A stretch of 64,000 nucleotides of DNA from Promethearchaeota archaeon (GTDB lineage Archaea; Asgardarchaeota; Lokiarchaeia; Sigyniarchaeales; SOKP01), in the NCBI GenBank assembly GCA_011364925.1, contig RDOA01000005.1, forward strand, positions 56,898 through 120,897, in the 5' to 3' direction. The notes beneath the pieces are model-generated. The model was not told where the DNA came from, ran no database searches, and was given only the letters and a program-made list of their open reading frames with translations. The position numbers were made by a program, and so were the translations under genes. Position 1 is the first letter of the stretch; every line of letters starts with the position of its first letter. Below are positions 31,338 to 41,180 of this stretch, in pieces.

Positions 31338-31802
31338 TCATTCTGCTAAATAGCATACTACTAAACCATCGATATTCTTTGTTGCTCTTATTTTAATCTT
31401 TCTTGGTGGTTTTTGAATTCCACGGGCCCATATCGCTTCATTAACCTCTTGCGAAATAACTAATGACTCTGGTTTGAAATGGCGCTCCATGAATTCTTTT
31501 AGGTATCTAACTCCCTTTTTTGCCCATTTATTTCGTGGACCTCGTCTTGCTTTTGCGAGAGGAACAAGATATATACGCTCATCTATGATTTCTTCTTTAG
31601 GGGCTTCTTCCTCTTCTACTTCTTTAAATTCTTCGAGTTCTTCCTCAAAAATTTCGCTAACTTCTTCTTGTTCAGATATTTCATCTAAACTGAATTCTTC
31701 GATTTCTTCAATTTTGTCTTCTTCTTCCTCAATATCCTCAGCCTCAACTAGCTCCTCTTCTAAATCATCCAAACTTATTTCTTTCGATTTCTTCTTTGCC
31801 AT
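31338..31802 (-). CDS. rpl31e: Ribosomal protein eL31 with acidic N-terminal extension
   Basis: ERIYLVPL...VNEAIWARGIQKPPRKI. Confidence 0.93.
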   Translation of the reverse strand: MAKKKSKEISLDDLEEELVEAEDIEEEEDKIEEIEEFSLDEISEQEEVSEIFEEELEEFKEVEEEEAPKEEIIDERIYLVPLAKARRGPRNKWAKKGVRYLKEFMERHFKPESLVISQEVNEAIWARGIQKPPRKIKIRATKNIDGLVVCYLAE

Positions 31803-31826
31803 TTTACATCAATTTAAATATATTAT

Positions 31827-31988
31827 TTAATCTCTCTTTAATCTTGTATTTCGCCATTCTCTTCTAGAATAAGGACTATCTCTTACTTTTCCACCTGTTT
31901 TCCTAATAATCCAATTAGGTAGTGAACGGCTTTGATTCATCTTTTTTGCCCTTCTTAACTTCGAGGGTAAATCTTTGTTACGCGCCAT
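31827..31988 (-). CDS. rpl39e: Ribosomal protein eL39 (53 aa; missed by ORF track)
   Basis: MARNKDLPSKLRRAKKMNQSRSLPNWIIRKT...RREWRNTRLK. Confidence 0.93.
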   Translation of the reverse strand: MARNKDLPSKLRRAKKMNQSRSLPNWIIRKTGGKVRDSPYSRREWRNTRLKRD

Positions 31989-32003
31989 TATTTCACATCT
32001 ATC

Positions 32004-32342
32004 TTATTTTTTAATATTAAATTCCTTTTTACTTCCGGCTGTTATTCTCTCTAGAATCTTTTTAAATTCTTTATCTGGTAATGGAGTAGCTCCGCGAAGT
32101 CTTCCTGATTGAAAGAGTTGTATTAGTTGAAGTTCGATTTGTTCTGCGAATTGAGGTTTTACTATTCTAATATTTTCTAATCTCTGACGTCCTTCTTGAC
32201 TTAGTATCTTTCTCATAATTTGATACTTTTGTTTATTGTATTGCTGTTCTTGTTGTTCAGCTATTTGTTGTTGAAGTGCATGTTGTTGAAGCTGCTCTAG
32301 TTTTTTTCTTCTAATGTTTTCTAATTCTTCTTCATCACTCAA
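32004..32342 (-). CDS. PDCD5-family DNA-binding protein
   Basis: DEELENIRRKKL; ILSQEGRQRLENIRIVKP. Confidence 0.9.
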   Translation of the reverse strand: MSDEEELENIRRKKLEQLQQHALQQQIAEQQEQQYNKQKYQIMRKILSQEGRQRLENIRIVKPQFAEQIELQLIQLFQSGRLRGATPLPDKEFKKILERITAGSKKEFNIKK

Positions 32343-32373
32343 ACTTGAAAACCTTAACTTATTTACTTTTGAA

Positions 32374-32796
32374 TTATTTTCTAAGAATACTATAAGCAGT
32401 TCTCTCTAACAGACTTGTTCCTTCTGGAGAAACAACCCTACCATCTCTTTCTTGCTTTACTATTAAATTTGCATCTTCCAGTTGTTGTAATGCCACTCGT
32501 ATAATTTTTCCACTTCCTCTAGCACTGTGATGGAGACCTGGCCCATTCTTGTTCTTTCCACCATAATATTTTCGAAGTTTATTAACTCCAATTGGACCAA
32601 ATTTCTTTACTTTTCTTAATATTGATGCACACCTAACATACCAGAAATTTTCGTGATCGATCGGAGCTAATTCCTTAAAAAACGCAGTCTTCCAAAACTG
32701 ACTTCCTTCAGGTGGCTTAATCTCGGGGAATTCTCGTAATTTTTCTGCAATTGTGTTGATCAGCTTCTCTGGTTCAACGATATATATGCTAATAAT
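32374..32796 (-). CDS. rps19e: Ribosomal protein eS19 (start probably ATT at 32796 or 32793)
   Basis: WYVRCASILRK, GSGKIIRVALQQLE. Confidence 0.93.
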   Translation of the reverse strand: MISIYIVEPEKLINTIAEKLREFPEIKPPEGSQFWKTAFFKELAPIDHENFWYVRCASILRKVKKFGPIGVNKLRKYYGGKNKNGPGLHHSARGSGKIIRVALQQLEDANLIVKQERDGRVVSPEGTSLLERTAYSILRK

Positions 32797-32882
32797 TATT
32801 ACACCAAGAATTTTAATATTGTATGATACATTCAAAAAGAGTAATTAAATTAAAAATTTTTTGGTAATAGTAGTCTCCTACT

Positions 32883-33161
32883 ATGAGTTATCAAGATGAG
32901 TTTAAAAAAGTGCTGTTATCCTCACCACATGCTATTTGTGGACGCCATGGTCTCACAGATGAATTTTTAAATCATATCCAGCAACTACTTAAAAGATATA
33001 AAACAATAAAGATAAAAGTCCTAAAATCAATCGCGACTAAATCAAATATTGCAAATTTTGCCGACCAAATTGCTAAAGCAACGAATTGCTTTGTTATAGA
33101 TATTCGGGGAAATATGATTATCTTTTCAGTATACGAAATGAAAAAAAAGAAAAAAAATTAA
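32883..33161 (+). CDS. YhbY/CRM RNA-binding protein
   Basis: GRHGLT...IKIKVL...IRGN. Confidence 0.8.
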   Translation: MSYQDEFKKVLLSSPHAICGRHGLTDEFLNHIQQLLKRYKTIKIKVLKSIATKSNIANFADQIAKATNCFVIDIRGNMIIFSVYEMKKKKKN

Positions 33162-33176
33162 TGAGACTTTACCCTT

Positions 33177-33506
33177 ATGGCTAGAAATAAACGGAAGAAC
33201 AAAGCTGTCGTTAAAAAAATAGCGGAGGTAAGAATGAATTATCTATTTCATAAAGCACACGATATATTCCCTAGTGATAAAGAATTAGCCAATAGATACA
33301 CCTATCTCGCAAGACGGTATGCTCAAAGAGCTAAAATACAAATTCCCAATAGATGGAAGAAGCGAATTTGTCATAAATGTAAAAATTTACTCTATCCCGG
33401 GATAAATTGTAGAACAAGAATTCATTCAAGAGGAAAAGGGTCACATGTTTCGACTACTTGTCTCGACTGCAATCACACAACTCGTTACTTTATAAAATTG
33501 AAGTAA
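33177..33506 (+). CDS. rnp4: RNase P protein Rpp21
   Basis: IAEVRM, KRICHKC, CLDC Zn motifs. Confidence 0.9.
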   Translation: MARNKRKNKAVVKKIAEVRMNYLFHKAHDIFPSDKELANRYTYLARRYAQRAKIQIPNRWKKRICHKCKNLLYPGINCRTRIHSRGKGSHVSTTCLDCNHTTRYFIKLK

Positions 33507-33543
33507 GATTTTTATTGAAATAAGAAAATTTCTATTAATAAAG

Positions 33544-34218
33544 ATGCCACTAACAATAATTTTAGCAGAATGTGGATTAGAATTGATTCCTGAAGAGATA
33601 AAAAGTAATTCTGCTATTAAAAAGAGTATCAAAGAGAATTCATATTCCTCAAAACTCCTCGATAACGCATTACATCACTCAGCAATGGGCAAACTAAAAG
33701 ATGCGATGAAAAGAGGGAGACCCGATATTGCTCATATATGTCTTTTAAACGCTTTAGGTTCTCCGTTGAACAAATCAGGACATTTAGTCTTATATTTACA
33801 TACAGTAAATAATAAAATATATGAAATCAACGCAGATATTAAAATTGCGAGAAATTATAATAGATTCAAGGGTTTAATGGCGAAACTACTAATAGAAGAT
33901 GAAATAAGAGCAGAGAATGTTGTATTAATTTCAAGAATTAATAAAGATTTAAACGGATTGTTAACCTCTATAAGTAATGATGAGACTATATTGTTTTCTC
34001 GGAAAGGAGAACTTGTAAAGAATCATTTTGAATTATTTGAAAAAAGTTTGAGAAAAAACTATGTAGTTTTTTTAGGCTGTTTCCAAAAAGGCTCTTTTTC
34101 TAAGGAGATTTTAAGTTTAAGCAATAAGACTGTGTCAATTTCTAATTATGCTCTAGATGCGTGGGTCGCATTAAACAAAATTATCAGTTATTACGAGATT
34201 ACTAACGATATTTTTTAA
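33544..34218 (+). CDS. nep1: 16S rRNA pseudouridine N1-methyltransferase Nep1/Emg1
   Basis: RGRPDIAH, SPLNK, RNYNRFKGL. Confidence 0.92.
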   Translation: MPLTIILAECGLELIPEEIKSNSAIKKSIKENSYSSKLLDNALHHSAMGKLKDAMKRGRPDIAHICLLNALGSPLNKSGHLVLYLHTVNNKIYEINADIKIARNYNRFKGLMAKLLIEDEIRAENVVLISRINKDLNGLLTSISNDETILFSRKGELVKNHFELFEKSLRKNYVVFLGCFQKGSFSKEILSLSNKTVSISNYALDAWVALNKIISYYEITNDIF

Positions 34219-34302
34219 TTCTCGAGTACCAGAAAGTTTTTTTTAAATCGAAAATAATTACACAAGTAAGTTTTTTCTATAAAGATCTACAAATTTTACA
34301 CT

Positions 34303-34373
34303 GCGCTCTTAGTATAGTGGTAGAATCTCGGGCTTCCAACCCGAGGACCCGGGTTCAAATCCCGGAGGGCGCA
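34303..34373 (+). tRNA. tRNA-Gly(TCC), intronless
   Basis: Full cloverleaf GCGCTCT/AGGGCGC; anticodon loop CTTCCAA; GGTTCAAATCC. Confidence 0.95.
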
Positions 34374-34415
34374 CTTTTTAATTACTTCATTTTAATTCAA
34401 CCAGATTACTTGAAA

Positions 34416-34973
34416 TCAATAATAAATCCGATTCGTGATAACTTTTCCCTTATTGGAAAACCTAATACCTTCCATTTCTAACAATGCTCGTTTCATTTCA
34501 ATACCGCCTTGAAATCCCCCGAGTTCTCCATTGGTTTTTATTGCCCTATGACAGGGTATTACAATAGGAAATGGATTTCTCGCTAAAGCGTTTCCAACTA
34601 CTCTAGCACCATTCTGAATACCGATTTTGTTAGCGATTCGTTTATATGTGCTAATCCAACCTCTAGGAATACCATATTCAGCTAAAAGTACTTCTTTTTG
34701 AACTTTGAAACACTGGTTAAAATCGACTATCTGCAGTTCAAATTCAATTTTTTCACCCTCTAAAAAGTGGACAATTTTATTCCCTAGCGAATTGATTATA
34801 GATGAGGACCCCAACTTTATCGTTTTAAACTCTTCAAACGCTTTCTCTTCTGATTTGATTTTAGGGTCGCTTAAAAAAATGCGTTTAACTTTTAATTCAG
34901 GTCCATGCTCGTCCCAAATAATAGTAAATGTGCTAAAAGGAGAACTAAAGTTGGTAAAATAATACTCTACCAT
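34416..34973 (-). CDS. ogt: Methylated-DNA-protein-cysteine methyltransferase
   Basis: NPFPIVIPCHR active site. Confidence 0.92.
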   Translation of the reverse strand: MVEYYFTNFSSPFSTFTIIWDEHGPELKVKRIFLSDPKIKSEEKAFEEFKTIKLGSSSIINSLGNKIVHFLEGEKIEFELQIVDFNQCFKVQKEVLLAEYGIPRGWISTYKRIANKIGIQNGARVVGNALARNPFPIVIPCHRAIKTNGELGGFQGGIEMKRALLEMEGIRFSNKGKVITNRIYY

Positions 34974-35021
34974 GTCTATTACTATTCTCGATTTATTAAA
35001 AATCTTCGTGAAACGCTGATT

Positions 35022-36194
35022 TCACGATGAATGGACTTTTTCTAAAAATTCCTTTGATGGCATTAAACCGAATGCAAACATGTTGACTACTTGCTCTCTG
35101 AATTCTGAATCTATTTCGGATAACTTAAACATTTTATTTAAGTTACTCCCTCCGTGTTCGTAAAGGAAATTAATCATCGATAATTTTAATTTAAAATTTC
35201 TAATAATACTTTTGATTTCCTTATTAGTTCTAAAATTTTTTAAACTAATGTTAGAATAATCTTCATTTCGCAAGGCATTAATAGCCGTTTCTGCTGCTAT
35301 TTGACCAGATATTACCGCACTTTGGATTCCTTCGCCACTAATTGGAGATACAAATCCTCCAGCGTCCCCAATAATCATTACATTTTCAGAAAATAAGCTT
35401 TTTTCAAGTACTCCTTCAGCGGGAAATGGATATACAGACGACCAGATAACTTTTTTATTTGATTTAGGAATCAATTTCGTTATATTTGTATTTTCAACAA
35501 AATTTTTGTAATCTTGATGAATATTGTGTTTTAGATTATCTTTTCCAAATGTGAATATTCCTATGTTATATTTTTTGGGATTTAATGGAAATATCCACCC
35601 ATATCCCTGGAAGGGTGTAAAGAATACATATGCCCTTTTCAAATTCAAGTGATGATTACCCTCGATTATTGCACATTTACCTATAGCTAATTCTTTATTG
35701 ATCCATTTTGTTCTAATTCCAGACTTTATAGCTAATTTAGAACTCATTCCATCAGCTATGACTATAATTTTTCCACGGTATTCCTTAGTACCAGTTTGTG
35801 ATTTTGTTTTTACACCCATTTTTTGGGAATTCTTTACTACAAAATCATACGATACATTATTATCAAAAAGTTCTGCGCCAGCATCTAACGCTGCGTCTCT
35901 CATGATATTGTCAAGTTCCAATCTATCAACGATTATAGAAAATTCATCAGATGAACCCTCAAATTCTAATCTATGATAATCCGCTGAATGCATAACGACC
36001 CCAGTAACTTTTTGACTACTGAGTTTTTTCAGTTGGGGGTATAAATCCACGACACTGGAATGAACAGCTCCGCCACATGGTTTTCGCCATCTTGTATTTT
36101 TTTCAATCAAGGCAACTCTGAAACCTGCTTCTGTTAGGATCTTAGCACAATGAGAACCTGAAGGTCCAGCACCGCTTATTACAACATCAAACAT
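35022..36194 (-). CDS. Geranylgeranyl reductase family flavoprotein
   Basis: GAGPSG, KPCGG, YGWIFP, GDAGGFVSPISGEGI. Confidence 0.88.
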   Translation of the reverse strand: MFDVVISGAGPSGSHCAKILTEAGFRVALIEKNTRWRKPCGGAVHSSVVDLYPQLKKLSSQKVTGVVMHSADYHRLEFEGSSDEFSIIVDRLELDNIMRDAALDAGAELFDNNVSYDFVVKNSQKMGVKTKSQTGTKEYRGKIIVIADGMSSKLAIKSGIRTKWINKELAIGKCAIIEGNHHLNLKRAYVFFTPFQGYGWIFPLNPKKYNIGIFTFGKDNLKHNIHQDYKNFVENTNITKLIPKSNKKVIWSSVYPFPAEGVLEKSLFSENVMIIGDAGGFVSPISGEGIQSAVISGQIAAETAINALRNEDYSNISLKNFRTNKEIKSIIRNFKLKLSMINFLYEHGGSNLNKMFKLSEIDSEFREQVVNMFAFGLMPSKEFLEKVHSS

Positions 36195-36518
36195 AATTAT
36201 AAAATCTTTTTTAAGAAATTGAGTGATATATAACTAATTTAATAGTTTATTAAAAAATTGCGAATTATTTAATAAAAATAGTGCTACAGAAGTTTAAGAG
36301 TATTATAATTGGGCATTCATTTATAATTGCGAAATGTTATATTTTTAATTTGAAAAAACACAACGTTTTCTATATTTCATTTCCATTTTTTAATCACTTG
36401 CTCGTAATAATAATTACGGGCACATTTTCACATCTAATTCTGAATTCAAGCTACGCAAAATAACTAATCTTATATTTTTTCTAGCATTATTGAGCGTTAC
36501 TGATATTCTTGCAACACT

Positions 36519-37667
36519 ATGATGAAAAACATTAAAATTTCTTATAAAGAATTTAAGACGGCTTTAAACAAGTTAAAATATCCCGATTCTTGGTTTTGGT
36601 GCAGATATACTATAAATCCTTACTCTGGATGCGCTCATAAATGCTTATACTGCGATGCTCGAAGCCAACGATATTACTTAAGTCAAGACTTTGAAACAGA
36701 AGTGATCGTGAAAACAAATATCGATAAAGTCTTAGATCAAAAGATAAAAAGGTCTCGAACGCTTCTACCAGATGTAATAGGTCCCGGTGGAGTCTGTGAC
36801 GCATATCAACCAATCGAATTAGAAGTAGAAAATACTCTAAAAATTTTAAAAGTAATAGAAAAACACAAATATCCAGTGAATATTGCTACAAAATCGAATT
36901 TAATCACTAGAGATTTAGAAATATTAAATAGAATCGCTACTGATACCTGGTGTACAGTCGGTTTTTCAATTACTACAATGGATGAGGAATTAGCTCAATT
37001 TTTGGAACCTCATTCATCATCTCCTAAGGAAAGACTTGAAGCGTTAAGTAAAATTAAACAAGGAGCACCTAAAATTCAAGTGGGGACTTATTTCATGCCA
37101 ATTATTCCATTTTTAGAAGATACCGACGAAAATTTAGAAGCTGTAATCAAAAAATCAAAAGAGAGTGGAGCTGATTTCGTTCTGTTTTCTCCCGGCTTAA
37201 CTCTTCGGGACGCTCAAGCAGATTTCTTCCTTAAAAAAATAAAGGAAAGTAAATATGGCAATGTTGTTAAACCTTTGTTAAATTTATACAGTGGACAAAT
37301 TGGACCTCCTAAAAACTATGTTCATCGGATTTATAAGAAATTATTACCTTTATGTCAGAAATACGATATCGCAGTTCGAGAAAAGAGATGGATTCCAAAA
37401 GATTATCGAAAATGGAACTATAAAATCTCCGAACTGCTATTGGTTAAAGAATATATGGATGTCTTAAAATATGGCAAATCGGACAAATCTTTCTACTGGG
37501 CGGGATTGACTCTAAACAATTTGGAAGAATCCATCCTTAATGTCTACAATCGAGGAGAACTCTCCAAATTAAGGAATTTTAATTCTAAAGTAAGAGAATT
37601 CGTTGAATCGTATTTGGAGCAAAATAAAGAATTGAATGAGAAAACAGGTATGGATAGATTTTTATGA
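36519..37667 (+). CDS. Radical SAM protein, SplB-like/Rv2578c family
   Basis: NPYSGCAHKCLYCDAR, DAYQPIE. Confidence 0.82.
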   Translation: MMKNIKISYKEFKTALNKLKYPDSWFWCRYTINPYSGCAHKCLYCDARSQRYYLSQDFETEVIVKTNIDKVLDQKIKRSRTLLPDVIGPGGVCDAYQPIELEVENTLKILKVIEKHKYPVNIATKSNLITRDLEILNRIATDTWCTVGFSITTMDEELAQFLEPHSSSPKERLEALSKIKQGAPKIQVGTYFMPIIPFLEDTDENLEAVIKKSKESGADFVLFSPGLTLRDAQADFFLKKIKESKYGNVVKPLLNLYSGQIGPPKNYVHRIYKKLLPLCQKYDIAVREKRWIPKDYRKWNYKISELLLVKEYMDVLKYGKSDKSFYWAGLTLNNLEESILNVYNRGELSKLRNFNSKVREFVESYLEQNKELNEKTGMDRFL

Positions 37668-38407
37668 TAGAATCGATAGTAAAGGAAATCTCCAATTTAT
37701 TAATAGAAAATACGCCAAAATTGTCTAATGATCAAAAAGAAAGAATGTATAAAATATTAAATCCAGATATTTCTGATTATAGGATATATGGAATTCGAAT
37801 ACCAGAAATAGATAGGATCGTTAGATCTGTTTATGAGACCTTTAACTGCAACTACGATGATGCTGTTGATGTGTTTAAGAAGCTTACAAGGACAAATAGT
37901 GAAGAGCAAAAGTTCGCTGGTTTTTTATTCTTAAATCGTTTTAAGAAAAACTTCAACATGGAAACAGTAGACATTATTAGAGAAGAATACTCTAAATATT
38001 GCCACACATGGAGTCACATAGATTCGACTTGCGTGAGACTTTTAGGTCCCTTTTTGGGAAAGAAGGGAAACGAATCGTTAGCGATTAAAACTATAAATGA
38101 ATGGGCAAATTCAAGCAACCTATGGATAAAAAGAGGTTCTATGGTCATTTTACTTAAAATCACAATGATGAGAAAAGATTTTGATGAGAATTATGTTTTT
38201 GACCTGGTAGATAAGATGTTACAATATTCTGATGCGAATTATATCGAAAAAGGGATAGGCTGGTTGTTAAAAACATGCTCTAAGTATAAGCCTGATGTCA
38301 TTATAAACTATTTAACTAAGAATAAAAGTAAACTATCAAGGCTTATTCTACGCTACGCCAGCGAAAAATTGCCAAAAGAAACGCGACTTCAAATTCTTAA
38401 AAAATAA
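37664..38407 (+). CDS. AlkD-like DNA alkylation repair protein
   Basis: YGIRIP, WSHID, IEKGIGWLLK, RYASEK. Confidence 0.85.
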   Translation: MIESIVKEISNLLIENTPKLSNDQKERMYKILNPDISDYRIYGIRIPEIDRIVRSVYETFNCNYDDAVDVFKKLTRTNSEEQKFAGFLFLNRFKKNFNMETVDIIREEYSKYCHTWSHIDSTCVRLLGPFLGKKGNESLAIKTINEWANSSNLWIKRGSMVILLKITMMRKDFDENYVFDLVDKMLQYSDANYIEKGIGWLLKTCSKYKPDVIINYLTKNKSKLSRLILRYASEKLPKETRLQILKK

Positions 38408-38410
38408 AAT

Positions 38411-38773
38411 TTAGTAATTAGGCTTATTTCTTCCGATGTCGCCAATGTACAGCTTGAAATAATTATTCTCCTTCCCAATTTCAAGAGTTGTTTCCATGTC
38501 AAAAGTAGCTCCGTACTTGATTACTGAATACTCATTTTGTCCCAATACATTTTCAATATCCTCAATGAGTGAAACTTGAGTGTCTTTAACTAGCAATTTT
38601 GGTCCTTGTTCTGGTTTACTGTTATTAACAATCTTTAAATAATACCTATTAGAGTTTTTCTTAATCTTAAATTCGCAATCAACCATTCCAAACTCATCAT
38701 CGTAAAAAGCATCGGAAATTTGGTACCCGACTTGTTCTAAACCTTTAATTAATAAATTCATTAGTGTTTCCAT
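38411..38773 (-). CDS. Hypothetical protein
   Basis: ORF only; weak internal duplication. Confidence 0.5.
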   Translation of the reverse strand: METLMNLLIKGLEQVGYQISDAFYDDEFGMVDCEFKIKKNSNRYYLKIVNNSKPEQGPKLLVKDTQVSLIEDIENVLGQNEYSVIKYGATFDMETTLEIGKENNYFKLYIGDIGRNKPNY

Positions 38774-38823
38774 AATTATATTGTGCGATTGTATTATTTA
38801 AATCTAAATTAGGTTATCAAGAA

Positions 38824-39681
38824 TTAAAAGTCCATTGAGAATTTAATCGCGTTTGCAGGGCAGATCTCGATACAACGATTGCAATAATAACATTCTGTTT
38901 TTTTACTATCTGCAGCTGCCTCTTGCGTAGGACAAATTTTTTCACATAAGCCACATTCAGTACAATCTTCAGTTCGTTCGTATTTATATCTGCTTAACCG
39001 ACTTGTTAGAGCAGCCAAAGCGCCAAATGGACATAAAAATCGACACCATGGTCGATACAGGAAAAGGCTTGCAACACTTATAATCACTAATCCGATAAAG
39101 GGAATTACGAACGAAAAAGTAGTGACTGTCTTGTAAAACGAAAACCCTGAAAGAGGATTAAATGCATTAAGGAGTAATATGCCCCAAAATAGTGCTAGAA
39201 CTATAATAACTCCCAAAAAGATCCTACGCGTAATGGAAGCTATTTTTGATGAGACTTCGATGCGTAGTTTTGTCTTTTTATTTGATTTTATGCTTGATTT
39301 AAAATTTACTTTCGAAAGAAGTTCCTGAAGCGCTCCTAGAGGACATGCAAATCCACAAAGAATCCTACCCGCCACTATAGACAATCCTAGCAAAACGGTT
39401 AAAATTATGATCACTGCAATTAACGAAAGAATTGACCCACCCCCTACATATACACCGATAAGTTGTTGGATAGGCATAACTAAATTAGGAATTCCCCCGA
39501 ATACTATTCCTCCAACAAATATTGCAACCACAATAAGTAATAAATTTACTTTCTTCGACAACATCTTTGTTCCAAGTAATAAGATTACTACTATAAAGGT
39601 CATAGCCCATAATAGAAACATAGGAACAGCGAGCGTATAATCAAAAGGAAAAATTTCTGTTTGAAAAATCATAAAAATCAA
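38824..39681 (-). CDS. Membrane polyferredoxin (NapH/MauN-like)
   Basis: CGFACPLG, WCRFLCPFG, two 4Fe-4S motifs. Confidence 0.85.
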   Translation of the reverse strand: MIFMIFQTEIFPFDYTLAVPMFLLWAMTFIVVILLLGTKMLSKKVNLLLIVVAIFVGGIVFGGIPNLVMPIQQLIGVYVGGGSILSLIAVIIILTVLLGLSIVAGRILCGFACPLGALQELLSKVNFKSSIKSNKKTKLRIEVSSKIASITRRIFLGVIIVLALFWGILLLNAFNPLSGFSFYKTVTTFSFVIPFIGLVIISVASLFLYRPWCRFLCPFGALAALTSRLSRYKYERTEDCTECGLCEKICPTQEAAADSKKTECYYCNRCIEICPANAIKFSMDF

Positions 39682-39789
39682 TCCAAAAAATTAAAATCCC
39701 ACTTTAAAAAATATGAGAACTATTTTGAAACTTTTTAATTTAGTATCAAAATTTGTTTGCTCCACTTGAATTTAAATTCGAAAAATTAG

Positions 39790-40107
39790 TTATTTTCCCG
39801 CTTGTGATAGTTTAATCGCGTTGCCGTTAGTACAGTAATACTCCCACCGAAGACTCATTGTTTTTGTAATTGGACATTGACTACATAAACATGTTTTCTT
39901 CTCAGTTATTACAGAACTCTTCCCTATCATACAAAAGGCAAGATTTTGTTCTCCAGTTTCCACGTGACTGGGACACTTCCCACAATAATCCCTACATATA
40001 TATATTACTTGTTCAATACTATTTTCCCATTGTTTATCAGTCATCTTGCCATAAAACATTTCTAATTTTTCTTCAAAAGTAGCATTCGCAAAACTTTCTT
40101 CCCCCAT
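39790..40107 (-). CDS. DUF2769-like Cys-rich protein
   Basis: CGKCPS...FC..GKS...CLCSQCP...YYC; ATG at 40107 follows GGTGA. Confidence 0.7.
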   Translation of the reverse strand: MGEESFANATFEEKLEMFYGKMTDKQWENSIEQVIYICRDYCGKCPSHVETGEQNLAFCMIGKSSVITEKKTCLCSQCPITKTMSLRWEYYCTNGNAIKLSQAGK

Positions 40108-40152
40108 TTGTATTTTCACCTTTTTTTCATATTTGATGAGATTCTAAATAAT

Positions 40153-40905
40153 TTAAAGTGCTTTTTTAATGTTTTCAGTTAGGAACTCAACCATCTTTTC
40201 AATGTATATTTTTCCATGTTCTTTACTTGCTTTAACTGGATCTCCAATCACACCAATTTCTGTCAAGGAAGGCATTCCTCGCTTAAAAAGCATTTCGATT
40301 TCATCTTCTCCTAATTTACCAAGATATCCCGGTTGGAATCTTTCTCTTTTGACAAGATCTTCGGCTAGATATAAAATTTGAGATGTTTCTACTTCGCCTG
40401 CGTGAGCTCCTGCTTCTTCTTTCGCGACATTTAGATCAGCAGCAATCTTATCCTGTGCATCGACGAATTTCATTAAATCCGTAAAAGCTATGATCTTTAA
40501 ATTGCTATACTTTTCTTGCGCTTCCTCTACAGCTTCTTTTATAGGAATAAAGTTCCCGCCGTGCGTAGGGATGAAAATAATCTTTTCAAAACCGTGCCTT
40601 TGTAGGCTCTCTATGTAATCGTGAATAATAGCCTTTAATGTAGAATTTTTTAAGGAAATGGTGCCTGGATATGGTAAATGGTGATCCGAACACCCAACTC
40701 GTATTGTTTGTGCTTGTAAAGCGTTCTTTAGCTTTTGAGCCACCAAATTCGCCATAACATCTGCGGTTAAAGCGTCTGTTTGAGTGGGCAAATATGGACC
40801 GTGCTGTTCAGTAGAACCGACACCGATTACGACGGTTTTGAAACCGCTGCTAATTGCTCCTTCAATATCAACCCAGTTCATCTCTTCCATTCGAAGCGTA
40901 TTCAA
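40153..40905 (-). CDS. Creatininase/MftE family amidohydrolase
   Basis: GSTEQHGPYLP..TD, HGGN, HAGEVETS. Confidence 0.9.
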   Translation of the reverse strand: MNTLRMEEMNWVDIEGAISSGFKTVVIGVGSTEQHGPYLPTQTDALTADVMANLVAQKLKNALQAQTIRVGCSDHHLPYPGTISLKNSTLKAIIHDYIESLQRHGFEKIIFIPTHGGNFIPIKEAVEEAQEKYSNLKIIAFTDLMKFVDAQDKIAADLNVAKEEAGAHAGEVETSQILYLAEDLVKRERFQPGYLGKLGEDEIEMLFKRGMPSLTEIGVIGDPVKASKEHGKIYIEKMVEFLTENIKKAL

Positions 40906-41180
40906 TTTAAGTCTCTCTTCATTTCTCTCTTGTTATACGAATTGATTAGAAGAGTCTATACTACTATTTATAAATTATCTAATTATTTGAGATTGATTTT
41001 CTGGAAATTCAAAAGAGTAGATAAAAGATTTCTTGATGATATTTCGTTTTATATGAAGGTAATAATCTTTAAATTACTCATGTGAAGGTTAGTTACTCAA
41101 GAAAATTAATTTTAGAACAATTTAAATTAGCAAATACATTAATATTAAGCAATGCGAAACCAGAGAGCTGAATGTAAATA

